Both the position numbers and the translations under genes were made by a program. The notes beneath the pieces are model-generated. The model was given only the letters and a program-made list of their open reading frames with translations. It made no database searches and was not told the origin of the DNA. A DNA stretch of 64,000 nucleotides from an uncultured bacterium. GTDB taxonomy: Bacteria; Desulfobacterota_D; UBA1144; Nemesobacterales; UBA2774. This document shows, piece after piece, positions 30,227 through 40,341 of the stretch. Each line of letters begins with the position of its first letter. The first letter of the stretch is position 1. The DNA lies in assembly GCA_963705505.1 (NCBI GenBank), contig CAVPJU010000006.1:1-64000 (forward strand). Reading direction: 5' to 3'.

Positions 30227-30829
30227 ATGCGTATGATCAATCCGCACAGTAGAAGGTCCGAAAAAGGCTTTACATTAATCGAGCTTCTGATAGTCGCGGC
30301 GATAATAGGTATTATCATCGCAATCGCCGTCCCGAATCTGTTAAAGGCCCGTATCTCCTCGAACGAGGCAAATGCGCGGAAGGCGCTTCAGACCCTGAAA
30401 GACGCCGAGTACGAGTATTTCGAGCAGGACCTAGACGATGATGGAACAAGAAACTTTACAAACTTCATCGGCGTAATCGGTACTGCGGGAACGCTAAGGG
30501 ATCCATCGGGAACTAATGACCCTGAAGACGCTCTCGTAGACTCTACATTTGAAGGTGCGGTTACGAGCGACGGAAGCCCCGCCAGTTCGGCCGATTGCGC
30601 TGACCCGAAGGCCGGATACTGCCTGTCGTGGAGCAGTGACGCCGACACCGACGCTCTTTCATTACAGGGGGACTTCGGATGGGAAGCCTCTATGACAAGC
30701 GCAAGAGTGAACGGCAGGAAAGATTTTTCGGCTTTCGCAGATAAAGTTATAAAATGCACGGTTTCTACCCAAACAACCGGGGCAACCGGCACGTTCGAAT
30801 CTTCACGCAACGACACGACTTGCGACTGA
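30227..30829 (+). CDS. Type IV pilin (PilA-like) 2
   Basis: KG|FTLIELLIVAAIIGIIIAIAVPN N-methylation motif with E5; paralog of pilin 1. Confidence 0.9.
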   Translation: MRMINPHSRRSEKGFTLIELLIVAAIIGIIIAIAVPNLLKARISSNEANARKALQTLKDAEYEYFEQDLDDDGTRNFTNFIGVIGTAGTLRDPSGTNDPEDALVDSTFEGAVTSDGSPASSADCADPKAGYCLSWSSDADTDALSLQGDFGWEASMTSARVNGRKDFSAFADKVIKCTVSTQTTGATGTFESSRNDTTCD

Positions 30830-30939
30830 TAAGATCCATCCCATCCCTCTACAAGAACTATTTTTTACTTTCACACAAATTCAATCTATTGAATATATTG
30901 CCTCGAAGCATTGATTAACATATATTTAGATGTCCGATC

Positions 30940-31884
30940 ATGTCAGAAACAATGCTCAATATTTCAAACCTCGTTAAGGACTACAAGACCGGGTTTTCAG
31001 GAAAAAAAACACGCGTCCTGAAGAACGTATCCTTCGATGTTTTTAAGGGAGAGGTATTCGGGTTCGTCGGCCCTAACGGAGCGGGCAAGACCACTACGTT
31101 TAAAACCATTCTCGGCTTCGTCTCGCCGACGGAAGGCAGTATAGAGCTTCTGGGAAAAGAACACTCTAACCCGGACGCAAAACGCAAGATCGGCTACTTG
31201 CCCGAGAATCCATATTTCTATGATTACCTCACTGGGGAAGAGCTGCTTTACTACATGGGCGAGCTCCACGGTCTAAAACGAAAATATCTGGCTGAAAAAG
31301 TAGACGAGCTGCTCCGGAAGGTCAGAATGGAGCATGCGAGAAAAGTACAGCTGAGAAAATACTCGAAGGGCATGCTCCAGCGGATCGGTATAGCCCAGGC
31401 CCTCATCAACGACCCCGAGTTTTTGATACTCGACGAGCCGATGAGCGGACTCGACCCCATAGGGCGGAGAGAGATAAAGGACCTGATACTCGAAGAAAAG
31501 CGGAAGGGGAAGACTATACTCCTCAGCTCACACATGCTTTCGGACGTGGAGGCGCTCTGCGACAGGGTGGGAATAATAATGGGCGGCACGGTAATAAAGA
31601 TAGGGAAGATCGGGGAACTGCTGAAAGAGATACACACGGACTACGAGATGCATCTCGAAGGATCGGGTGAAGAGGTAAAGCAAAGCGTGAAAGACCTCAG
31701 GATAGAAATGGAGCATAGAGCCGGATACATAGTGCTTAAGTTCGACGAAGACATTAAACGCAGGGTACTCGAAGCCGTTACCCGCACATCGGCAGAAATA
31801 GTCTCGATCCATCCGCTGAGAAAATCTCTCGAAGGGCTATTTGTGGAGGAAGCCAAAAAAGGGAATCCCCAGGAAGTGAAGTAA
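30940..31884 (+). CDS. ABC transporter ATP-binding protein (PilH/XapD-like)
   Basis: Walker A GPNGAGKTT, signature YSKGM, Walker B LILDEP and SSH switch; adjacent to the pilins. Confidence 0.92.
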   Translation: MSETMLNISNLVKDYKTGFSGKKTRVLKNVSFDVFKGEVFGFVGPNGAGKTTTFKTILGFVSPTEGSIELLGKEHSNPDAKRKIGYLPENPYFYDYLTGEELLYYMGELHGLKRKYLAEKVDELLRKVRMEHARKVQLRKYSKGMLQRIGIAQALINDPEFLILDEPMSGLDPIGRREIKDLILEEKRKGKTILLSSHMLSDVEALCDRVGIIMGGTVIKIGKIGELLKEIHTDYEMHLEGSGEEVKQSVKDLRIEMEHRAGYIVLKFDEDIKRRVLEAVTRTSAEIVSIHPLRKSLEGLFVEEAKKGNPQEVK

Positions 31885-31917
31885 CGGGATCGGAATCTAT
31901 CCAACCGGTAAAATGAA

Positions 31918-32721
31918 ATGAGACGAATACTGAGCGTAGCACACAATACGTTTATAGAGGCAATCAGGGACAGGGTGCTCTACAGCCTCATACTGTTCGC
32001 CCTAATAATGATCCTGAGCTCGCTCGTCTTTGCCAGCATTTCCGCAGATCAGTACAACAAGATCGTTAAAGACCTCGGGCTCACTTCCATCTCAATAATC
32101 GGAATACTCATATCCGTTTTTCTCGGCATAGGCCTCGTCTATAAAGAAGTAGAGCGCAAAACCGTCTACAACATCTTTTCGAAACCGATAAAAAGATATG
32201 AATTCATATTCGGGAAATATCTCGGACTCGGAATAACCCTTTTCGTTATAACAGCCGGCATGGCGCTTATTCTTTTTTTACTTGTCCTGTTCATAGAAAT
32301 CAGATACGAGGGGCTGATCAATTTTTATTACGGCGGACATTTCTACGCCGAGTTTTTTAACGCCGTATATTTCGAGTACCTGGAATTCCTGGTCGTCATA
32401 GGTATCGCGCTGGTTTTCTCGAGCTTCACAACGCCCGTAATGAGCGCGCTTTTCACCTTTTTCGTCATAGCCATCGGACGCTTCTCGAGCGATATAAGAC
32501 TCTTCGCGGAGGAAGTAAAAAGTCCCTTTTCCGCTTTCTTTTCGGAAGCGATTTACAGGACTATACCAAATTTAGAAAAATTCGACGTGAGGAGCGAAGC
32601 CGTATACGGAGGGGCCGTCAACCCCGATTTAATTATATACACTACTATTTATGCCGTCATATATACCCTGGCCCTCCTGATCCTTGCGGTCATCATTTTC
32701 GAGAGGAAAGAGTTTAAATAA
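31918..32721 (+). CDS. ABC-2 type permease (PilI-like)
   Basis: NTFIEAIRDRVLY, KEVERKTVYNIFSKPIKRYEFIFGKYLG, IPNLEKF and C-terminal FERKEFK. Confidence 0.88.
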   Translation: MRRILSVAHNTFIEAIRDRVLYSLILFALIMILSSLVFASISADQYNKIVKDLGLTSISIIGILISVFLGIGLVYKEVERKTVYNIFSKPIKRYEFIFGKYLGLGITLFVITAGMALILFLLVLFIEIRYEGLINFYYGGHFYAEFFNAVYFEYLEFLVVIGIALVFSSFTTPVMSALFTFFVIAIGRFSSDIRLFAEEVKSPFSAFFSEAIYRTIPNLEKFDVRSEAVYGGAVNPDLIIYTTIYAVIYTLALLILAVIIFERKEFK

Positions 32722-32724
32722 CCA

Positions 32725-33804
32725 ATGTCCGCCAACACCGCGAAAAGGCCCGTATTCGCTCTCGTAATTCTGGTTTTATTAGTCGCCGTATCGATCCCGT
32801 TCCAGATTAAGATCGATGACATCAGAGGCAAGTTCAGGTCCGTGGAAGGAAGCTTATACCTGTCTTCCTCGTCTCTCAAAAAAATCTCAATAGGTTACAA
32901 CGAGCTCCTAGCGGACATATACTGGCTGAGGGCGCTCCAATACTTCGGCAGTAAAAAACCCGAAGAGCAGAACCCCGAACTCCTGTATCACTATTTCGAT
33001 ATTATTACCGACCTGGACCCCAAGTTCGTCAACGCATACAGGTACGGCGGCACTTTCCTGGCGGAAGGTCCGCCCTTCGGACTGGGAGAAACCAAAAAAG
33101 GGATAGAGCTCCTCGATAAAGGGAGGAAGAATAACCCCGAGAGCTACCGCCTGCCGCTCGAAGAAGCCTTTATTTATTATTTCTACCCGAAAGACTATGA
33201 AAGAGCGGCTGAATTATTTAATGAAGCTTCCGAAAAAACGGGAATCACACCGCTGAGGAGGGCTTCCCTGAAAGGCATGGCTGCATCGGCACATACCAAG
33301 GGGGGGAACAGGGAGCTCTCGAGAAAGATATGGGAAATAATCTACGAAACGAGCCCGAGCGAGGGGAGAAGGAACTTCGCGCTGAGGAATTTAAAAGAGA
33401 TAGACACGATGGTCATCGAGGACAAACTGACGGAATCTCTGAGGGAGTATGTGAGAATCTACGGCAAGCTGCCTTCAGCAACCAAAGACCTGGTAAAGGC
33501 GGGCATAATAAAAGACGGCATCCCGGCCTCGCCCGTGGGCGGCGAGTTCATAATCGCGCCAAAAATCCAATCCGTAAAAAATACGGCCCTCGCGGATCAG
33601 CAAATAAAGCAGGACCTTGCTTTTTTAAACTCGAAGGCCGCCAGATTCAAGAATCAGTACGGAGCATACCCGAAGGATATGGAAGAACTGAAAGATTATG
33701 TGGTTAATGAGACAACAGGAGATTTTCCGAGTCATCCGCTGGGTGAGGAATATATCTACGATCCCGAAACCGGGAAAGTGAAAACGATTGAGGCGGCTGA
33801 GTAG
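32725..33804 (+). CDS. Pilus-associated membrane-anchored TPR-like protein (PilG/Xap-like) with two C-terminal pseudopilin-like repeats
   Basis: N-terminal TM; LLADIYWLRALQYFG and ITDLDPKFVNAYRYGG; C-terminal YGKLP...P.SPVGGEF and YGAYP...P.HPLGEEY. Confidence 0.7.
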   Translation: MSANTAKRPVFALVILVLLVAVSIPFQIKIDDIRGKFRSVEGSLYLSSSSLKKISIGYNELLADIYWLRALQYFGSKKPEEQNPELLYHYFDIITDLDPKFVNAYRYGGTFLAEGPPFGLGETKKGIELLDKGRKNNPESYRLPLEEAFIYYFYPKDYERAAELFNEASEKTGITPLRRASLKGMAASAHTKGGNRELSRKIWEIIYETSPSEGRRNFALRNLKEIDTMVIEDKLTESLREYVRIYGKLPSATKDLVKAGIIKDGIPASPVGGEFIIAPKIQSVKNTALADQQIKQDLAFLNSKAARFKNQYGAYPKDMEELKDYVVNETTGDFPSHPLGEEYIYDPETGKVKTIEAAE

Positions 33805-33830
33805 ATTCCGCTTCGGGAAAGGCCGGCATA

Positions 33831-34307
33831 TCAGGTGATCTCCAACACTACAAACTCCCTTATACCGCCGGGAGCATGGACCTGCACATCGTCATCGACC
33901 TGCTTGCCTATGAGCGCCTTTCCGAGCGGGGAAGTGATGGATATGAGACCGTTTTCGGGTTCGGATTCATCGGGCCCGACGAGCTGATAAGCTACCGTTT
34001 CACCGGTATCCAGATTCTCGAGCTTAACCCTGACTCCGAACGTCACTCTATTTTTATCCCTGAGCTCTGCGGGGTCGATAATTTCGGCTCTGCTTAATTT
34101 GCTGTCGAGCTCCTGAATCCTTCCTTCCACAAAGGACTGCCTTTGCTTCGCCGTTTCATACTCGGCGTTCTCCGAAAGGTCTCCGAGGGACCTTGCATAT
34201 TCAATCAATTTTATAACTTCCTGTCTTTCGACAGTCTTCAGCCTGCGGAGCTCTTCCTGGAGTTTTTTGAACCCGCCGGGCGTCATCGGCACTCGTTCGA
34301 TAGTCAT
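33831..34307 (-). CDS. greA: Transcription elongation factor GreA
   Basis: PMTPGG, ARSLGDLSENAEY and ISITSPLGKALIG; start refined to the ATG after SD GGAGGG. Confidence 0.96.
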   Translation of the reverse strand: MTIERVPMTPGGFKKLQEELRRLKTVERQEVIKLIEYARSLGDLSENAEYETAKQRQSFVEGRIQELDSKLSRAEIIDPAELRDKNRVTFGVRVKLENLDTGETVAYQLVGPDESEPENGLISITSPLGKALIGKQVDDDVQVHAPGGIREFVVLEIT

Positions 34308-34415
34308 ACTAATTCCCTCCATAATCCAGGATTAAAGGGTAACCGAGAAGAGATTCCCGAAGTTGAGACTTATAATAATTATACAATCCTGACATGGGCT
34401 TATAGTATACAATAA

Positions 34416-37400
34416 TTAATAATAGTCCTGAATAGCCTTGACGTCGAGTCCTTCCTTGATTAAGGCCTCGATTGCCCCTACCAAAGCTTTGGCGGCAGAG
34501 ATCGTCGTAAAGTAAGGGACCCTGTGAACGAGGGCGGATCTCCTGATCGAATACGACTGCTCGACTTCCTTCTGCCCGAACGTCGTATTCACGACGAGCT
34601 GGACCTCTCCGTTTTTAATATGATCGACTATGTGCGGGCGGCCTTCCGCCACCTTTTTTACAACCGTACATGCGACGCCGATACTTTCGAGGTATGCGGC
34701 TGTGCCGGTCGTCGCCATAATCTTAAACCCGAGATCCTCGAGGCCTTGAGCGAATTCCGAAAGTTTAGGCTTATCCTCGTCCTTGACGCTTATAAACGCG
34801 GTCCCTGATAACGGGAGGTCGCTCCCGGCGGCGATCTGGGCCTTGGCGAAAGCCATCCGTATTTCCTTATCTATGCCCATCACCTCGCCAGTGGATTTCA
34901 TCTCGGGCCCCAGGATCGTATCCACACCCTGAAACTTGATGAAAGGGAATACGGATTCCTTGACACAAAAATGCCTGGGGACAATCTCTTTTGTGAAGCC
35001 GAGCTCTTTAAGCGTCTTTCCTATCATGACTTTCGTGCCGAGCTTTGCAAGAGGAACCCCTATGGCTTTACTTACGAAGGGGATCGTCCTGCTCGCCCGT
35101 GGATTCACTTCGAGTATGTAAACGGTACCGTCCTTAACGGCGAATTGAATATTGACGAGGCCCTTCACATTAAGAGCCAGGGCAAGCTCCCTGGTCTGGC
35201 GTTTTATTTCCTTAAGCACCGGGGAGTCGATAGAGAAAGGGGGAAGGACCATGGCGCTATCCCCCGAGTGGACCCCGGCCTCCTCAATATGCTCGAGCAC
35301 ACCGCCTATGACTACGGTCTTGCCGTCCGATATGGCGTCGACATCGACCTCCTTGGCATCGTTTAAGAACTTGTCTATCAGGACCGGGTGGTTTGGGGAG
35401 ACTTTTACCGCCTCTCTCATGTAACGCTTGAGCGATTCCTCCGTATAGACAATCTCCATCGCCCGTCCTCCGAGGACATAGGAAGGCCTGACGACTATCG
35501 GATAACTTATTTTATTCGCAATCTTGAGGGCTTGTTCCTGGCTCCTTGCGATTCCGCTCTCAGGCTGTCTCAGTCCGAGCTGAACGACGAGGTCCCTGAA
35601 CCTCTCCCTGTCTTCGGCGAGGTCTATGCTGTCGGGGGATGTGCCGATGATTTTCACCCCCCTTTCCTCAAGCGGGATGGCGAGCTTGAGAGGGGTCTGG
35701 CCTCCCAGGTGCACGATCACGCCTTCGGGCCTCTCCCTCGCGACGATGGATAGAGTATCTTCGAGGGTGAGGGGCTCGAAATAGAGCCTGTCCGAGGTGT
35801 CGTAATCGGTGCTGACGGTCTCGGGGTTGCAGTTTACCATTATGGCCTCGTAACCCTCTTCTCTGAGAGAGAACGAGGCGTGGACACAGCAGTAATCGAA
35901 CTCGATGCCCTGCCCGATCCTGTTCGGACCGCCGCCGAGGATCACGACCTTGGGTCTTTCGGTCGGCGGGGCTTCGTCTTCCCTTTCGTAAGTCGAGTAA
36001 AGGTAGGGTGTGTACGCCTCGAATTCGGCAGCGCACGTGTCGACCATCTTATAGACGGAGTCGATTTTATTCTTTTGTCTCGATATTCTGATATCGTCCT
36101 GCGACTTCCCTAAAAGCTCGGCAATCCTTATATCCGAGAAGCCGTACTCCTTGGCCTGCCTGATAAGGCTTCCGTTCATCTTCCCCGAGGAAGAACCGAG
36201 TCTTCCCTCCAGTTGAACAATTTGCTCTATATTCCGCAGAAACCACCTGTCTATATAGGTAAGGCTGAAAATTTCCTCGATACCCATGCCGCATCTCAAG
36301 GCATCGGCTATATACCAGAGCCTGTCCGCATTAGGGATCCTTAGCTTCTCCCTTATGAGAGCCTGGTCGGCGGACTTAGACTCGAACCCCGAAGAATCGA
36401 TCTCGAGAGACCTGACGGCCTTCTGGAGCGACTCCTTGAAAGTCCTTCCTATCGCCATTGCCTCTCCCACCGATTTCATCTGCGTCGTCAGGGACGGATC
36501 AGTCTGGGGGAACTTCTCAAACGTAAACCTGGGGATTTTTACGACCACGTAATCTATGGACGGCTCGAAGGACGCGGGGGTGTACCGTGTGATATCGTTT
36601 GAAATTTCATCGAGCGTGTAGCCGACCGCGAGCTTGGCCGCAATTTTCGCGATGGGGAATCCCGTGGCTTTGGAGGCGAGAGCGGAGCTCCGCGATACCC
36701 TGGGATTCATTTCTATGACCACCATGCGCCCGTCATCCGGGTTGAGCCCGAACTGGATATTCGACCCTCCGGTGTCGACGCCGATCTCTCTTATTATGGC
36801 GATCGACGCATCGCGCATCCTCTGATATTCCTTATCGGTGAGCGTCTGCGCAGGAGCGACAGTGATGCTGTCGCCCGTATGGACGCCCATGGGATCGAAG
36901 TTCTCTATGGAGCATATAATCACGACGTTATCCATCCCGTCGCGCATTACCTCGAGCTCGAATTCCTTCCATCCGAGGACGGACTCCTCTATCAGGATTT
37001 CGCTGATGGGGCTCAGATCGAGTCCCGACTTCGCAAACTCCTGGAATTCCTCTTTGTTGTATGCGACGCTTCCTCCCGAGCCGCCGAGCGTGAAAGAAGG
37101 ACGTATAATGACCGGGAACCCGAGCTCTTCGATGACGTTCCAAGCCTCGGTCATTTCATGCGCTATGCCGCTCTTCGGGACCTCGAGCCCTATGTCCAGC
37201 ATAGCCTTCTTGAAGAGCTCCCTGTTTTCGGCCTTTCTTATCGCGTGCAGCTTGGCCCCGATGAGCTCCACGCCGTATTTATCGAGCACTCCCGACTCGG
37301 CGAGATCAACGGCTATGTTGAGAGCAGTCTGTCCGCCGAGAGTCGGCAGAAGGGCGTCCGGCCTTTCTTTCTCTATTATCTTTTCCACGATCTCCGGCAC

Positions 37401-37607
37401 GAGCGGCTCGATATACGTCCGGTCGGCGAACGCCGGATCCGTCATGATAGTAGCCGGGTTGCTGTTTACAAGCACGATCCTGAAGCCCTCTTCCCTGAGG
37501 GCCTTGCACGCCTGAGTGCCCGAATAGTCAAATTCGCAGGCCTGCCCGATCACTATAGGGCCCGAGCCTATGAGCAGTATGGTTTTAATGTCTTCGCGTT
37601 TAGGCAT
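34416..37607 (-). CDS. carB: Carbamoyl-phosphate synthase large subunit
   Basis: [22 protein letters not shown], duplicated ATP-grasp domains and C-terminal MGS domain. Confidence 0.98.
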   Translation of the reverse strand: MPKREDIKTILLIGSGPIVIGQACEFDYSGTQACKALREEGFRIVLVNSNPATIMTDPAFADRTYIEPLVPEIVEKIIEKERPDALLPTLGGQTALNIAVDLAESGVLDKYGVELIGAKLHAIRKAENRELFKKAMLDIGLEVPKSGIAHEMTEAWNVIEELGFPVIIRPSFTLGGSGGSVAYNKEEFQEFAKSGLDLSPISEILIEESVLGWKEFELEVMRDGMDNVVIICSIENFDPMGVHTGDSITVAPAQTLTDKEYQRMRDASIAIIREIGVDTGGSNIQFGLNPDDGRMVVIEMNPRVSRSSALASKATGFPIAKIAAKLAVGYTLDEISNDITRYTPASFEPSIDYVVVKIPRFTFEKFPQTDPSLTTQMKSVGEAMAIGRTFKESLQKAVRSLEIDSSGFESKSADQALIREKLRIPNADRLWYIADALRCGMGIEEIFSLTYIDRWFLRNIEQIVQLEGRLGSSSGKMNGSLIRQAKEYGFSDIRIAELLGKSQDDIRISRQKNKIDSVYKMVDTCAAEFEAYTPYLYSTYEREDEAPPTERPKVVILGGGPNRIGQGIEFDYCCVHASFSLREEGYEAIMVNCNPETVSTDYDTSDRLYFEPLTLEDTLSIVARERPEGVIVHLGGQTPLKLAIPLEERGVKIIGTSPDSIDLAEDRERFRDLVVQLGLRQPESGIARSQEQALKIANKISYPIVVRPSYVLGGRAMEIVYTEESLKRYMREAVKVSPNHPVLIDKFLNDAKEVDVDAISDGKTVVIGGVLEHIEEAGVHSGDSAMVLPPFSIDSPVLKEIKRQTRELALALNVKGLVNIQFAVKDGTVYILEVNPRASRTIPFVSKAIGVPLAKLGTKVMIGKTLKELGFTKEIVPRHFCVKESVFPFIKFQGVDTILGPEMKSTGEVMGIDKEIRMAFAKAQIAAGSDLPLSGTAFISVKDEDKPKLSEFAQGLEDLGFKIMATTGTAAYLESIGVACTVVKKVAEGRPHIVDHIKNGEVQLVVNTTFGQKEVEQSYSIRRSALVHRVPYFTTISAAKALVGAIEALIKEGLDVKAIQDYY

Positions 37608-37859
37608 TTTAGTAAAGCGGAATAAGAGTAAATAAATTATGATTTCGAGCTATCGGGGAGTACGTAAAAGAGTTAAGCCCCCATTATGAAGCCATTGATT
37701 TATACCTGTGAATTTTTAATCTAGCAAATAGGATACATACTTCCGCGCGAGAAAAAAGATAATGACAGCAAAACGCTAAGTCCTCAATGAAACCAATGGC
37801 TTATCCGAAAGCCCAAAAGAGGCGAAAGATAAGCAGGCGATAAGCACGAAAGGATAGGA

Positions 37860-38582
37860 TCAGGTGATTGACTGGGACTCGATTTTCTTTTGCTCCTCTC
37901 TATTCTTTAGCTCAACCATGACGTGAAGCATGCGCTGGATAGCGGTGTACGAAGAGAACACGAGCATCAATAATAACGCGAGCTTGAGCAGATAGTCGTC
38001 GGGTCCGTAGCCGAGCGACTCCGTAAGCATGTTGCCGAGGAAATTAAAAACCGAAAGCACCCCCAGGTACACGACCCTTTCGGCCCTCTGCATTACGCCG
38101 ACTTCGCACTTGACGCCGAGCCCCTCAGCCCTTGCGCGTGTATAGCTCACCATGGTGGTCGAGACGAGTATGAGGAAAACCACATATGAAAAAATAGTGT
38201 CCCGAAAAAAGCTCAGCAGGCCCAGATATATGAAGGCTTCAGAGAATCTGTCGAGGCAGGAATCGAAGAAGGCGCCGTGCTGGCTGCTGAGACCCTGAGC
38301 CCTCGCAACGCGCCCGTCAAAAATATCGAACGTCGATCCTGCGAGCACAAGCACTCCCCCCGCAAAAATCCAGCCGTAGTGGTAAAAGAGCCCTGTAACC
38401 GCTGCGACGACGAGCGTGGAAACGGTAAGGACATTCGGATGAATTTTTATCTTGAGGAGATAATCCTCTATCGGCAGCATGAGCAGGAGCCACCACGTCT
38501 TTATACCGCTTCCGAGAAGTGTCGTAGACTCCGGCCTTTTCTTGTTTTTAGATCTTTCCGTTATCTCTTCGGGATGGGTCAT
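37860..38582 (-). CDS. CDP-alcohol phosphatidyltransferase (PIP-synthase/PgsA1-like)
   Basis: DIFDGRVARAQGLSSQHGAFFDSCLDR signature, PNVLT and SYTRARAEGLG; start uncertain (38582 or 38651). Confidence 0.88.
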   Translation of the reverse strand: MTHPEEITERSKNKKRPESTTLLGSGIKTWWLLLMLPIEDYLLKIKIHPNVLTVSTLVVAAVTGLFYHYGWIFAGGVLVLAGSTFDIFDGRVARAQGLSSQHGAFFDSCLDRFSEAFIYLGLLSFFRDTIFSYVVFLILVSTTMVSYTRARAEGLGVKCEVGVMQRAERVVYLGVLSVFNFLGNMLTESLGYGPDDYLLKLALLLMLVFSSYTAIQRMLHVMVELKNREEQKKIESQSIT

Positions 38583-38708
38583 ATTATTTTTTCCATTATT
38601 AAAATGATACGGCAATTCCGGGAATAACAATATCCGTTTTAGATTTTTCAAGCAAGCCGTGCCGATGTAATATAACCGAGCCCGATTAAGCCTCTCCCAG
38701 CCGAAAAA

Positions 38709-40334
38709 TCAATCATTTTCGGACACGAAGACGGATTTGATAAAGCGCTCCTTTCTTTTTAAGCCGTCGGCGTACGAAGCGGCTTCTTCCTTGGTAGGAA
38801 ATACGCCCACCCTCACCCTGTACCATTTACCCTTGCCCGGAATATCCGCAGGGACGACGAAAGCGTCGTATCCCTTTTTCTTAAGCCTGGCCGCGATTCC
38901 GTCCGCATCCTCCTTTTCCCTCGAGGACGCGACCTGCACGGTGAAGCTCCCTTTGGGCTTTGACGCGGCGAGATTCTCTTTCACGCTATCGCTGACCGTC
39001 CGGGGAACCGCGTCGCTTGACGAATCGCCTGTAAATGAAGCCAGGAGCTGACCTTCGAGAATCGCGGCTTTCGAGCCGCTATCGACTACGCCGGTATGGT
39101 CGATATTATTACTCACCGGGGAAGGGGAAACCGCGACTTCGGGTTCCTTTTTCACCGCCTTTTCGGGTTCGGCTTTTATCGGGCTTTCCGTTATGCTTTC
39201 TTCGGCTATGACTGCCGCGCTGCTCTCTACGGCCGGGGACTCGGGTGCGGAAGGCTCTCCGGTCATAGAGTTTTCCAGCCGGACGGGAGACTCCATTTGC
39301 CTTGCCAGGATAGTCCCTTTTTCCTCATTCGAGATTCCGACCGAAGCTGGTGAAGGGGGGGGCGCGACCGGCTCGACTCGTTCGGCCGGCTCAAGCGTCT
39401 CCTCGGCTTTAATGCTCTCAAACGAAAGTGTCCGGGTGGTAGCAGGGAGCTCTCTTTCCGTGATTCCGCCCTCGGGCATCTTCTTTTCGGCGGCGGGCTC
39501 ATCCGCAGCCCTCGATGCCGCGGCAGGGGCAGCGGGGGGCCCGCTCACGACCTCGCCACTGGTAACGGTACGGCTTTCGGGAACCGCGCCCGCCTCGCTA
39601 ATTTTCATCACCTGGAGGCACGTAAACGGCCGTTTCACTACTACATTCCGTTCCGTCAATACCACCTCCACCGAGCCTACTATATCGGGAGGGCTTTCAA
39701 AGACGAGCTTTCTCGGGGATTCGGCAAGGACATTCGCTTTTTCATTGCCGATTTGAAAATCAGTCGTGGCAAAATCTCCGTCGAAAGGACCCTTTATTTC
39801 AACGAGCCTCCCTGCCTGTCCCACGAGCGGACACTGATAGTCATACGGCGAAGGCGTCCCGGAATTTTCCCTTACGGATGAGGACAGGTTTATAGGCACG
39901 GACGCGCTGCCGAGAGACTTCATAGAATTATTTCTGAGAGTGAACTTCATCTTGGTCCCGGCCATGTTCCTCGGGACGTTTATTTTGACGGTTTTGGCGC
40001 TGACAGGCACGTTAAAAAAACTCGTTTCGATGATGAAGCTGTTAAGGATAGTCAGATTGTTATTCTTGATACTCTGAGTGCTTCCGGAGGGATAAGCTCT
40101 TATCGCGGCAGAGACCGTGTCGCCTGCGGCGATATCGTCAGGCAGGAAGAGCTTTACACGGCCTTCCGGTATTTCGAAATCGACGACGCGGACTCCGTTT
40201 GCGGCGTCCTCGGAGCTTGAAGCTATGGTCAGGCCGAATAGGAGAAAAGAGAGTAGAACAGCAAGAGGTATTATGACCCTGACGCCTTCTTTGCCTATTA
40301 TCATAACCTGTCTGCCGAACCCGGGTTTATACAC
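38709..40334 (-). CDS. SPOR domain protein with N-terminal Ig-like region and Pro/Ala/Glu-rich linker
   Basis: C-terminal FTVQVAS...WYRVRVGVFPTKEEA; N-terminal hydrophobic segment. Confidence 0.8.
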   Translation of the reverse strand: MYKPGFGRQVMIIGKEGVRVIIPLAVLLSFLLFGLTIASSSEDAANGVRVVDFEIPEGRVKLFLPDDIAAGDTVSAAIRAYPSGSTQSIKNNNLTILNSFIIETSFFNVPVSAKTVKINVPRNMAGTKMKFTLRNNSMKSLGSASVPINLSSSVRENSGTPSPYDYQCPLVGQAGRLVEIKGPFDGDFATTDFQIGNEKANVLAESPRKLVFESPPDIVGSVEVVLTERNVVVKRPFTCLQVMKISEAGAVPESRTVTSGEVVSGPPAAPAAASRAADEPAAEKKMPEGGITERELPATTRTLSFESIKAEETLEPAERVEPVAPPPSPASVGISNEEKGTILARQMESPVRLENSMTGEPSAPESPAVESSAAVIAEESITESPIKAEPEKAVKKEPEVAVSPSPVSNNIDHTGVVDSGSKAAILEGQLLASFTGDSSSDAVPRTVSDSVKENLAASKPKGSFTVQVASSREKEDADGIAARLKKKGYDAFVVPADIPGKGKWYRVRVGVFPTKEEAASYADGLKRKERFIKSVFVSEND

Positions 40335-40341
40335 GACGGCG

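Noticed and set aside
36838..37625. Antisense ORFs of 225 and 248 aa within carB
   Set aside because: Antisense shadows of a highly conserved gene.
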